Origin: Candidatus Thorarchaeota archaeon
GTDB taxonomy: Archaea; Asgardarchaeota; Thorarchaeia; Thorarchaeales; Thorarchaeaceae
Direction: 5' to 3'
NCBI GenBank assembly: GCA_029855935.1
Contig: JAGSHN010000020.1
Coordinates: 88,471-152,470 of the forward strand
Length of the DNA: 64,000 bases
Within the stretch, counting starts at the first letter, position 1, and every line of letters begins with the position of its first letter. Position numbers and translations under genes: made by a program. The notes under the pieces are model-generated. The model saw only the letters and a list, made by a program, of their open reading frames with translations. It made no database searches and had not been told where the DNA came from. This document shows positions 9,396 through 18,529 of this stretch, piece after piece.

Positions 9396-11204
9396 ATGAT
9401 GAGCGCACGCAGCCGAACTGAGAGAATGTGGTTGGGCAAGACCATTCGGAGGAACATCATGATTGGTTTCCTGCTGGCCTTCGTGGTTGCCGGGATGACG
9501 GTTGTCGCGCTACCACCACACTCGGCAGCGAGAATCACTGCGATCCTTGGAGATCAACTGAATGAACAGGCCACCATCTCCGCCGAGTCCTCCTCCGCGA
9601 CTCCCTTGACCACGCTCACGCTGTTCAACGTCACACTCAGCACCGATTCAGAGGACCTCAGCGTGGATACCTGGCCAATCTCGTACGACCACCCTTGGGA
9701 GTCCTCTATCTCTTACAGGGCTGACGGAATGCACATAGAGGGCGGCAACCTCAATGTCATCCTCTACCCGCTGGGATGCTCGGTGGCCTTCAGGTACTAT
9801 TCCAGCATTCGCATTACGATTGTGATCTCAGGCCTGAGAGGTAGCGCAACTATCGATTCCACCGTGAGCTTTAGTCACGCCTACGGACCCGTGGCCGAGT
9901 CATCCGGTACTGCCTTCGTTAGGGCCAATGCTACGAAGACTGTGAGTCTTGAAGCACCGTTGAATGACGCCCTCGCATCGACCAACAAATCTGTCCTCGG
10001 ATTGTATGCACGGTTCCGAATCGCAATGATTGAGACCTCTGAGGTTGTCATCAGGTCCATTGTGGCTGTCGGTGAGACAAGCGAGCCGCTCTATTCCCTT
10101 CGTGTCACTCCTCTGTCTCCCACCGGAGAGTTCCTGTTCGACCTCCCCTACTTCGAGGATGTCTGGACACGCCCGTGTTTCAACCTCACCAAGGACGGTG
10201 ACACTGAGTTTGGAGTCTTGTTACCCCGCCGGAGAGGGAGTGTTGTCTATCTCCCAGCCGGGGGATACGACATATCGTCGGCCTGGTCGCAATGGAGCCA
10301 GATCATTCCGCTTGCAAGCGCAAGCTTCAGCCTCGGAAACGACACTGGCGCCGAGGTTGAGGCGACATACCCGCTTCTTAAGGTGCTGCTCGACGTCAGG
10401 CCGGACATAGCAGTGCAGGTCAGTCTATACGAATACGGCGAGCACGTGAGTTGGCCAGCGTACTACTACTCCTTCATCTTCATCGCACCGCCCTACCCAA
10501 AGACGCTGTACGTACCTGCCATAGTGGAGGTTCTCCACATTGGCGTCGCAGTCACGTATGCGAATGTCTACTACACCGAATCGGTTGAGCTCCCGAGCCA
10601 ACGAGATGTGCAGTTCAGTGTCCAGCTCCCCTACTACCCATTCTTTGGTCTTGCACTTCCACCAATCCCAATGTACGTGGCGGTCTTCTCTCTGACACTC
10701 CTGGTACTCATCGCCGCTAGCATCCAACGAGCCACCCGCCCAATCGACCTGCGCGAACTCCTCCGACGACGTCATACCGTGCCCCTCCTGCTTCTCCTGC
10801 TGTCAGCCATTGTGCCCTGGTCTGCGTCTCACGAAGCTGGCACCGATGTGTTGATAATCTACGTACTACCGCTTGCACTATTCATCAGAGCAGGATACGG
10901 TCTGGCCATCCCAATCTACCAAAACTTCGACATTGCACTGGCCTTTTCGCTTGTCGTCTACTGGATACCCCTCTTCGTCCTCATCGGCCTGGCGCGAACC
11001 GACAGGTACGACAGGATCTTTGCAGCGGTCTTGGCGATTCCGGCCGGGCTGTCAACGGTGGCCCTTGTCACCTTTGGTGTCAACATCTTCACGCTGGGGC
11101 CAGTTGTCGTTGTCATCTCGTTTTTACTGTGGCTATCTCATATGGTCACGCAGTCTATGGGAGAACGAGAGACAAAGAGAACCACATCTGTAGAGAACTG
11201 GTAG
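9396..11204 (+). CDS. Membrane protein: signal/TM anchor, large beta-rich ectodomain and about 6 C-terminal TM helices
   Basis: N-terminal hydrophobic segment, S/T/Y-rich ectodomain with N-x-S/T sequons and a hydrophobic C-terminus. The start may be 9426. Confidence 0.7.
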   Translation: MMSARSRTERMWLGKTIRRNIMIGFLLAFVVAGMTVVALPPHSAARITAILGDQLNEQATISAESSSATPLTTLTLFNVTLSTDSEDLSVDTWPISYDHPWESSISYRADGMHIEGGNLNVILYPLGCSVAFRYYSSIRITIVISGLRGSATIDSTVSFSHAYGPVAESSGTAFVRANATKTVSLEAPLNDALASTNKSVLGLYARFRIAMIETSEVVIRSIVAVGETSEPLYSLRVTPLSPTGEFLFDLPYFEDVWTRPCFNLTKDGDTEFGVLLPRRRGSVVYLPAGGYDISSAWSQWSQIIPLASASFSLGNDTGAEVEATYPLLKVLLDVRPDIAVQVSLYEYGEHVSWPAYYYSFIFIAPPYPKTLYVPAIVEVLHIGVAVTYANVYYTESVELPSQRDVQFSVQLPYYPFFGLALPPIPMYVAVFSLTLLVLIAASIQRATRPIDLRELLRRRHTVPLLLLLLSAIVPWSASHEAGTDVLIIYVLPLALFIRAGYGLAIPIYQNFDIALAFSLVVYWIPLFVLIGLARTDRYDRIFAAVLAIPAGLSTVALVTFGVNIFTLGPVVVVISFLLWLSHMVTQSMGERETKRTTSVENW

Positions 11205-11276
11205 GAGGTTGTGAGACAGTAACTCCGGCCAGGTTACCACGTCCTAAGAGAGAGGAGGCGAACCCCCCTCTCTGTT

Positions 11277-12878
11277 CTACCCGAAGGCCCACAACATAGT
11301 CAGTATTGCCGTCGCCAACGTCATTAGAACGGCCACCACGGCACCGTAGCGGATCACCTCGCCCTCGATACCAATCTCGTCTATCACCGCGGCCGCATTC
11401 TGTATCTTGGCCGGACTGAGCACGCTCGCAAGGCCTCCACCGATTCCGTTCGATGCCGCCACGACAACAGCGTTGGCACCGATCATCGTACTGGCCTCGT
11501 AGTGGTACCTCGTAAACATCGCGATGGCAGACGTCTCAGACCCAGAGATGAAGCCAGCAAGAAGACCGAGAAATGCCGCAGTCAGCGGATAGGCCTGGCC
11601 AAGCGTCTGTGAGGTCATCGAGGCCAGCAGATAGATCATATTGTTCGTCGGGTCTGCAGGAGCCACCCACTGACCGGAGACAGCAACGGTCCAGCCGCTG
11701 TAGTTCATCACCTCGGCCATTGCGAAGAAGATTGCTGCTGCAAGGACAGGACGCGGCGCACGCTTGAGGAACTTCGAGAAGGTCGCACCCAAGACCTGCC
11801 TGTCGTGACGAAAGAAGGGGATGGACAGGAGCGTGGCGACGAACATCAGGGTGTAGGCCTGCCACAGTACCTTGGTACTGATTCCTGATGGGTAGCCGCC
11901 AACATAGACAACAACGTCGAGTGTCTGTGCCAGCAGTATCTTCAACGGGCCTATCAGCGTGGTCGCCAGACAGAGGATAACGAGTATGGTCCATGGGATG
12001 CTGGCCCTGCGAAGGCTCATCGCCCGCTCGATCTCTAGGTCATTCTCATCAAGAATGCTCCTGTCGATTATGGGTCGTCCTCGAAGCTTTGTGTACGCAT
12101 AGAGAACAAAGATGACCGCAGCGCCGGCATACACATTCGTGAGAATCGTCTGATCGACCAGGGGATGGTTGGCGACTATGGCCACTCCTCCGGCTGTGAA
12201 ACCGCAGATCACCGCAAGGAGCAGGCTCTCTCTGTTGAGCAGCATCTCCCGGCCTCCCGCAATCCACAACATGGACACTGCGATGCCTGTGGTCACGACA
12301 GGCATGAACATCGCAAACACAGAGCCAGCCTCGGCAAGCGTCAGCTGAACTCCGGCAGCCTGGGCAAATTCCACAACAAAGACCTTGACCGGAACAGCGA
12401 GCAGTGCGAAAGTTGTGAGCGGGTCATAGCCTATCGAGGGGAGCGCGACGGCAACGAGCGGCGAGAAGCCAAGCGCCAGCATCACAGGTGGCAACATCGT
12501 GACTGGTGTGGCACCAATTCCGACAAGGAACAGTCCCAGCCCGAGGCTGATCAACAGCACCTGCATCGGCCTGCTACCGCCTCCAAGCGTCTTGAAGAAG
12601 ACGATGAGCCTTTGCAGTGATCCCGTCTCCTGCATATAGGTCATCATCAGTATCGAAGTTGCAACCATTAGCGAGATTGGGAACGACTTGACTATGCCCG
12701 CCACGCTGGCTGTCAGTGCCACAACGGCGTCCGTCTGAAACATCACTATTGCCGTGCCCAGCGTCAGCAGCCAGACGACCACACCCGTGATGTCTGCAGC
12801 ACGTCTGAAGAACACGAGCAGAACAAAGGCAAGAGCTATCGGCAAGACTATCAGTATCAGTCCAAGACTCGGGTCCAA
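11277..12878 (-). CDS. lctP: L-lactate permease family transporter
   Basis: Polytopic membrane protein with GFISGSETSAIAMF and GGGLASVLSPAKI, typical of the LctP C-terminus. Confidence 0.8.
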   Translation of the reverse strand: MDPSLGLILIVLPIALAFVLLVFFRRAADITGVVVWLLTLGTAIVMFQTDAVVALTASVAGIVKSFPISLMVATSILMMTYMQETGSLQRLIVFFKTLGGGSRPMQVLLISLGLGLFLVGIGATPVTMLPPVMLALGFSPLVAVALPSIGYDPLTTFALLAVPVKVFVVEFAQAAGVQLTLAEAGSVFAMFMPVVTTGIAVSMLWIAGGREMLLNRESLLLAVICGFTAGGVAIVANHPLVDQTILTNVYAGAAVIFVLYAYTKLRGRPIIDRSILDENDLEIERAMSLRRASIPWTILVILCLATTLIGPLKILLAQTLDVVVYVGGYPSGISTKVLWQAYTLMFVATLLSIPFFRHDRQVLGATFSKFLKRAPRPVLAAAIFFAMAEVMNYSGWTVAVSGQWVAPADPTNNMIYLLASMTSQTLGQAYPLTAAFLGLLAGFISGSETSAIAMFTRYHYEASTMIGANAVVVAASNGIGGGLASVLSPAKIQNAAAVIDEIGIEGEVIRYGAVVAVLMTLATAILTMLWAFG

Positions 12879-12881
12879 GTA

Positions 12882-13877
12882 TCACATCCTCCTCTCTAGA
12901 TGTCCTGTCTCGAAGTACCAGTCGACGGCCCGACGTATTGCCTCCTGCATAGACACCTCAGGCGCCCATCCGAGGCCACGCTTGGCCTTCTCATTGGTGT
13001 ACCAACGGTCCTGTACCATGCTCTCAACTGTCTTGACGTGCCAGAGGAACGTGTTCCTCCTACGGTTCTTGAACGGGCTCATCAGTGCCACACCGAGTTT
13101 GGCGAGCAGCACAGGCACGTGCCACTTTGGAGGTTCCACTCCCAGGTACTCGCCGAGGAACTGAAAGATCTCGTTGTACGTCATCGGCTGGTCAGGACAG
13201 AGGATGAACGTCTCGTTTGCCGCGCCGCGTGCCGTCAGGGCCTTGGCGAAGCCGGCGGCGATGTCGCCGACGTAAGAATACATCAAGCGCCGCTCGCCGT
13301 CACCGGGTATCATCGGGATGGCTCCCTCGTAGACAGCCTTTATGATCTCGTATCCCGTATAGAGGTCACCCTCGCCAGTCACGCCCGTTGGGCGGAGTAT
13401 CGTGTGCGTCAGGCCAGTGTCAGAGGAGATCTCCCTGACGACCTCTTCGGCAAGCACCTTGCTCCGGCCATAGTCAAACTGCGGTCTGAGCTCGGTGTCC
13501 TCATTGCCCGGGGGGTAGCGGACAGGACCTATGGTCTCAGTGGTTGAGCAATAGACAAAGCGCTCGATGGAGGTGCCAACGCATGCGTTCATCAGGTCGC
13601 GTGTGCCGCCGACATTGACCTTGTAGAGCAGGTCGACATCGCGCGGATAGAAGTCGAAATAGGCGGCAAGATGGATGACGGCCTCCATATCCTTGACCGC
13701 CGCCTCCATGGACTCGGGGTCAAGGAGGTCACCAGTGTGGACCTCCACACCTTCTGGAAAGCCCTGCGTGTTGCTGGTCGTGCGTACAAAGGCGTGGACA
13801 TCGTGACCGTCTGCAACCAGCGTCCTGAGCACCCTCCGGCCTATGAACCCACTGGCACCTGTCACAAGCACTCTCAT
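12882..13877 (-). CDS. NAD-dependent epimerase/dehydratase (extended SDR)
   Basis: TGASGFIG, HLAA and YxxxK (YGRSK). Confidence 0.9.
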   Translation of the reverse strand: MRVLVTGASGFIGRRVLRTLVADGHDVHAFVRTTSNTQGFPEGVEVHTGDLLDPESMEAAVKDMEAVIHLAAYFDFYPRDVDLLYKVNVGGTRDLMNACVGTSIERFVYCSTTETIGPVRYPPGNEDTELRPQFDYGRSKVLAEEVVREISSDTGLTHTILRPTGVTGEGDLYTGYEIIKAVYEGAIPMIPGDGERRLMYSYVGDIAAGFAKALTARGAANETFILCPDQPMTYNEIFQFLGEYLGVEPPKWHVPVLLAKLGVALMSPFKNRRRNTFLWHVKTVESMVQDRWYTNEKAKRGLGWAPEVSMQEAIRRAVDWYFETGHLERRM

Positions 13878-13946
13878 CTTGGCTCACATCCTCGTCAATG
13901 AGGGCTTCAACTGGCATTTATCTGTTCCCAGATACTGTGAGAGGAC

Positions 13947-14681
13947 TCACGACCCAGATAGCACAGCGTCAATGGCGGGCAGGGCCTTGCCAGCCTGTTC
14001 CTCTATGTGGACATCCATCACGTGTGTCAGAGGAGTCTTCTCGACGTTGATCTCAATCAGCCTTCCGCCGTGCTGCTTGGCGACGAGAGGAAACGAGGCC
14101 GCAGGTTGGACCACCCCTGAGGTGCCTATCACAAGACAGAGATCGCTCTTCTCAAGCTCCCGGTAGACGCGCGCCATCACGTCCATGTCGAGGCTCTCAC
14201 CGAACCACACCACGTCAGGTCGCAATAGCGCACCGCACACGGGGCATCGCGGTGTCGATCCGACTGGCTCGTCAAGCGTGGAACGGTACTCACAGCTGAC
14301 GCATCTGACACGCCAGATGTTGCCGTGTACTTCAAGGACATTACGCGAGCCAGCCCTCATATGCAGACCATCCACGTTCTGTGTCACAACATACCGCAGC
14401 AGACCACGCCTCTCCCAGTCAGCAAGAACAAGGTGTGCCGGATTTGGCCTGCATCGCGCAATGAGACCCTGGCGCCACGCGTACCACTCCCATACGAGAT
14501 CCGGGTCGCGGAAAAACGCCTCCGGCGTCGCCAGCTCCATTGGGTCATACCTCCGCCATAGGCCGTCCTCCCCCCGGAAGGTCGGCACGTTCGACTCCCT
14601 GGAGATACCGGCCCCCGTCAGGGCTATCATATACTGCGCATGTCCAATCAGCTCCGCCGCGTGCTCAATCTCGGACACCAT
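13947..14681 (-). CDS. cobB: NAD-dependent protein deacylase (sirtuin, CobB-like)
   Basis: TGAGISRES.VPTFRG, TQNVDGLH, HG, two CxxC pairs, LRPDVVWFGE and GTSGVVQPAA. Confidence 0.95.
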   Translation of the reverse strand: MVSEIEHAAELIGHAQYMIALTGAGISRESNVPTFRGEDGLWRRYDPMELATPEAFFRDPDLVWEWYAWRQGLIARCRPNPAHLVLADWERRGLLRYVVTQNVDGLHMRAGSRNVLEVHGNIWRVRCVSCEYRSTLDEPVGSTPRCPVCGALLRPDVVWFGESLDMDVMARVYRELEKSDLCLVIGTSGVVQPAASFPLVAKQHGGRLIEINVEKTPLTHVMDVHIEEQAGKALPAIDAVLSGS

Positions 14682-14775
14682 TGTCGAACCACTCCTCTGC
14701 GCAGGCAGAGTCACGACGCTATCCTTATTAGGTGTGCTAGTTCACTATAGTTAGTTAACATAGATAGGTGATGTC

Positions 14776-15222
14776 GTGCCTCGAGGAAAAAAGAGAGACG
14801 GCGGGCCAAAGAAGAGGCTCTGGATGATGCCTCAGGAGGTGGAGGTCTGGTACATCCTCCCGGCTATCAGGAGAGAACTCACCCGCATAATGATAGAGCT
14901 GGGTACGCCCCAGAAGGACATAGCCAAGATACTCGGGATAACAGAACCAGCAGTGTCGCAGTACAAGCTGAGGCGCGATGAAACATCCAGAGCGCGCGGC
15001 GACCAGATACAGATCCCTGAAGAGTTCAGGCCCTACCTTGAAGAGGCTGCCAAGAAACTGCTTGACGCGTGGAAGAACAGAGGGGAGGGTGAGTACGTCT
15101 TTGAAGAGATGACTAGGGAGTTCAACCACCTCATAGCCCTCCTCAGGAAGAAGGGCGTTATCTGTGAGGTTCATCGTGAACATGCCGAACACGTGAGCGA
15201 TGTCTGCCACGCCTGCGACTGA
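14776..15222 (+). CDS. Archaeal HTH transcription regulator with C-terminal Cys/His cluster
   Basis: PQE.EVWYILPAIRRELT, HTH QKDIAKILGITEPAVSQY and C-terminal CEVH..CHAC. Confidence 0.85.
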   Translation: MPRGKKRDGGPKKRLWMMPQEVEVWYILPAIRRELTRIMIELGTPQKDIAKILGITEPAVSQYKLRRDETSRARGDQIQIPEEFRPYLEEAAKKLLDAWKNRGEGEYVFEEMTREFNHLIALLRKKGVICEVHREHAEHVSDVCHACD

Positions 15223-15334
15223 CTGGCGCACCAAGAGCCGAGCCGCATCCCGCAATAGTGTCCGTAGAGAATCGGTAAGGTTTTCAGGAACGAACCATCT
15301 GCCAATCGGCGAGATTCTTCGCGAGGATAGGACT

Positions 15335-16072
15335 ATGAGCGGCGAGATCAAGGTAGATAGAGAAGACGCCATCGCAGTAGTCACAATCTCCCGACCGGAC
15401 AAGCTGAACGCAGTGACCTATGAGATGCTGAGGGAGTTCGAGGACAAGGTCTCACGACTGCTCAACGACCCGGAGATATTCGTTGTCATCATAACAGGGG
15501 AGGGCGAACGCGCCTTCTGTGCGGGGTTCGACCTTGAGACAGTGAAGAATCTCCGCAAGGAGGAATACCTTGACTTCTTCAAGCTTCTCGGGAAGGTCGT
15601 CGCCGAGGTCCGCGACAACAGGAACTGTATCACAATTGCAGCCGTCAACGGCTATGCAGTGGGCTTCGGGGCCATCATATCGGCGGCCTGCGACTTCAGA
15701 TTCTTCTCGGACAATGCCGGGTTCAAACTCCCTGAGGTCGACCTGGGGATATTCCCTGGGTCGGGTGCGTCGTCCGGGCTTCTGAGACTAGTAGGGCCAT
15801 CAAAGGCGAAAGAACTACTACTGACTGGGCGAATGGTACCCGCTGATGAGGCGCGACATATCGGCATTGCAGACAAGGTCTTCAGCCAAGACGAGCTGAT
15901 GAAGGAGACACTTGAGTTTGCCCGTGAACTGGTCGGCAAGGACCGCAAGCTTGTGATCAGGACAAAGACCCTCATCGACGCGATGGTCGGTCACGAGCTG
16001 CTAGACGCAGCCGACATTGAGTCTGCATTCACAGAGGAGTGGCTGAGAGAGAAGGTCGAGGAACGCGACTGA
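15335..16072 (+). CDS. Enoyl-CoA hydratase/isomerase family protein
   Basis: RPDKLNA, AFCAGFDL, AAVNGYAVG, PEVDLGIFPG and ELLLTGR. Confidence 0.92.
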   Translation: MSGEIKVDREDAIAVVTISRPDKLNAVTYEMLREFEDKVSRLLNDPEIFVVIITGEGERAFCAGFDLETVKNLRKEEYLDFFKLLGKVVAEVRDNRNCITIAAVNGYAVGFGAIISAACDFRFFSDNAGFKLPEVDLGIFPGSGASSGLLRLVGPSKAKELLLTGRMVPADEARHIGIADKVFSQDELMKETLEFARELVGKDRKLVIRTKTLIDAMVGHELLDAADIESAFTEEWLREKVEERD

Positions 16073-16217
16073 GTGGAAACTCGTCCCAAATACCAAGATA
16101 TACTGCGGCGCAACAGAGCAATTGGCGGCGTTGTGACACTGACCGTACGCCCACCAATGACCCAGGACTGTGGCGTGACCAGTCGTTTCCTGGGGAGCAA
16201 AGTCCGAGGTTGGACAC

Positions 16218-17270
16218 ATGCCAGCATTCGGAACAACCGATCCTGCCAGAGACCTCGTGCTGATGCTCGACACCGGAGTGGTGCTCTACACTCTTCTCTT
16301 TGCCGCAGTGTTTGTGGTTCAGTGGCTGAGAGCGCCACTGAGAAAGTGGACCGACCCGACACTCTCCTGGGCTATCTTCATGGCGGGAATGGCATTCAAC
16401 AGCGTGTTCTTCATTCTGTCGGACTTCTTCCTCGCCTTTCCGCCATGGCTCGAGATCACCACGCGACTTGGATACCTGTCTATGATAGTCGCGCTCATCG
16501 CGTTCTTCTTTGTCATAGAGACAATCATTCCCTACACGCGCTACCACATTGCGTCCGGGCTGGGCGTATTCTTTGCTGTACTGACCATCGTCATTCCCTT
16601 CGACCTGATGGACGCTGTCGCACTCATCGCCAGCCTGGAGACAATGCTCATCCTGTCGCTGTTCCTCCTCTACGCAATCCGCAACACGAGCGGACGAGTT
16701 AGACGAAGTATGGAGACGATAGCGGTTGGTTTCCTCATTGGCTTTCTTGGCTACATCGGGCGCAGCGAGTTTGCATACAACAGCCTCGGGCCGAGTATCT
16801 ATCTCCTCGCCGCTGTTTTTCTCGTTGCGGGGCTGCTGCTGTTGGGCGCCACCGTCCTGAGCTCACCCTCCCTTGACGAACTGAACTGGCGAGAACAGCT
16901 GCTTGAGTTGTACGTCATAGGTTCAGCAGGGCTCTTGCTCTACGACCACACATTTCAGCCCGCGACGGATATGGACAGACACCTTGCCGCGGCTGGCATC
17001 GCGGGTGTGCAGCTGCTCTTCAAGGAGATACTCAATAGCAGGGAGGGGCTCAACTCGCTGGCCGTTGGCGACACTCACGTGATGTTCGGTCACGGAGAGG
17101 GCTTCACCGTTGTGCTCATAGCTCGGAAGCCGTACCGCATCCTTGCTGACAAGATCATCCAGTTCATCCAGATGCTCGAGCTGGTCTTCAGAAGAGAGTT
17201 GACCGAGGAGACAGTCCGGCCAATCGACCCGGAAAGAGCGGGAAGAATAGTGAGTGCGGTGTTTGCATAG
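16218..17270 (+). CDS. 7TM membrane protein with C-terminal longin/roadblock-like domain
   Basis: Seven hydrophobic segments, then LYVIGSAGLLLY...D.HLAAAGIAGVQLLFKEI...VMFGHG..FTVVLIA (profilin-like fold pattern). Confidence 0.7.
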   Translation: MPAFGTTDPARDLVLMLDTGVVLYTLLFAAVFVVQWLRAPLRKWTDPTLSWAIFMAGMAFNSVFFILSDFFLAFPPWLEITTRLGYLSMIVALIAFFFVIETIIPYTRYHIASGLGVFFAVLTIVIPFDLMDAVALIASLETMLILSLFLLYAIRNTSGRVRRSMETIAVGFLIGFLGYIGRSEFAYNSLGPSIYLLAAVFLVAGLLLLGATVLSSPSLDELNWREQLLELYVIGSAGLLLYDHTFQPATDMDRHLAAAGIAGVQLLFKEILNSREGLNSLAVGDTHVMFGHGEGFTVVLIARKPYRILADKIIQFIQMLELVFRRELTEETVRPIDPERAGRIVSAVFA

Positions 17271-17349
17271 TAGTCCTGATCAGCCACGCGATGACCGAGC
17301 CGCTAGACATTAATGTGACTTGACCCTCTCATCTAGACTGTGATTGGAG

Positions 17350-17730
17350 ATGTCACGCAGCGTCGTTGCCACGAAAAAGGCGCCCGCAGCTATTGGCCCG
17401 TACTCACAGGCCATCACTGCGGGTGGGTTCGTCTTTTGCTCTGGTCAGATTCCCATAGACCCCCAGTCTGGCAATCTTGTGACGGGGCCGATAACTGAAC
17501 AGACCCGACAGGTCCTAGAGAATCTGAGCGCAATCCTCGAGACGGCAGGGTCGTCGATGGAGAAGGTTGTCAAGGTCACGGTCTATCTTCGTGACATCAA
17601 CGACTTTGCCGAGATGAACGCGGAGTACGCAAAGTGGTTCCCCTCCGACCCACCAGCGAGGGCCGCGGTGCAGGTCGCAAGGCTCCCCAAGGATGTCGGA
17701 ATAGAGATTGAGGCCATAGCGATGCTGTAG
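17350..17730 (+). CDS. ridA: RidA family reactive intermediate/imine deaminase
   Basis: [28 protein letters not shown] and EIEAIA. Confidence 0.95.
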   Translation: MSRSVVATKKAPAAIGPYSQAITAGGFVFCSGQIPIDPQSGNLVTGPITEQTRQVLENLSAILETAGSSMEKVVKVTVYLRDINDFAEMNAEYAKWFPSDPPARAAVQVARLPKDVGIEIEAIAML

Positions 17731-17740
17731 ACCGCGAATT

Positions 17741-18445
17741 GTGCCATCAGAGGAACCTTTTTCTTGGCTTCTGCGGCCGCAGCCGCAATGGGCCTCGTGG
17801 GGTCCGAGCTTGGAGAACACCACTATGCACGAACGCATCTCGCGCCGCGGAATTTCACATATTCTCGCAGAGGCGGCCACTCTCATGTCGCAGGCGAGAT
17901 ACCGCGAGGCAAGAGAGACTCTGCAGATAGGTGTTTCACTTGACCCGTCAAACAAACAGCTCTGGCGAGAGATTGTCACCTGTAGTATTGCAATGAGGAG
18001 ACCAAAGGACGCCATCTCCGCCCTCGACCAGATCGTACGGATCGACCCGAATGCGGAGGACGCGTGGACTGACAAGGCCTACCTTCACATACTCCTCGAC
18101 GAGAAAGATCGTGGCATCGAGGCCCTGGAGAGGAGTCTGAGGCTCCATCCCAGAGACCACAGGAAGTGGTATCTCCTCGCCACCATCCATATGTCCGTTG
18201 GGGACTGGCAGTCAGCCACCATTGCGCTTGAGCGCGCCCTGCAGCTCGACCCAAACTCTGCCGCTGCGTGGTACAACTACGCAGTCTGTTTCTTCTTCCA
18301 AGACGAATACGAAAATGCTCTCGCGGCAGCGGAGATGGCCTTCGCCCTCGACCCCGTCTTGGAACAGGTGGCGGACAGCTGGCTTCAGGTCATCAGGGCT
18401 GACGAAGTAGCCCACGAGTCTGATATCGTAGCGGTGGCCGGGTAG
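17741..18445 (+). CDS. TPR-repeat protein
   Basis: Repeated TPR consensus such as ALQLDPNSAAAWYNYA and IDPNAEDAW. Start uncertain. Confidence 0.85.
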   Translation: MPSEEPFSWLLRPQPQWASWGPSLENTTMHERISRRGISHILAEAATLMSQARYREARETLQIGVSLDPSNKQLWREIVTCSIAMRRPKDAISALDQIVRIDPNAEDAWTDKAYLHILLDEKDRGIEALERSLRLHPRDHRKWYLLATIHMSVGDWQSATIALERALQLDPNSAAAWYNYAVCFFFQDEYENALAAAEMAFALDPVLEQVADSWLQVIRADEVAHESDIVAVAG

Positions 18446-18529
18446 GAACTCGGACGTCAGATGGGAGGCAGTCTAGTCACCAACAATGTACGGAAATAAC
18501 CCTCTCCGAGAGAATATCAGGCGGCTGCA

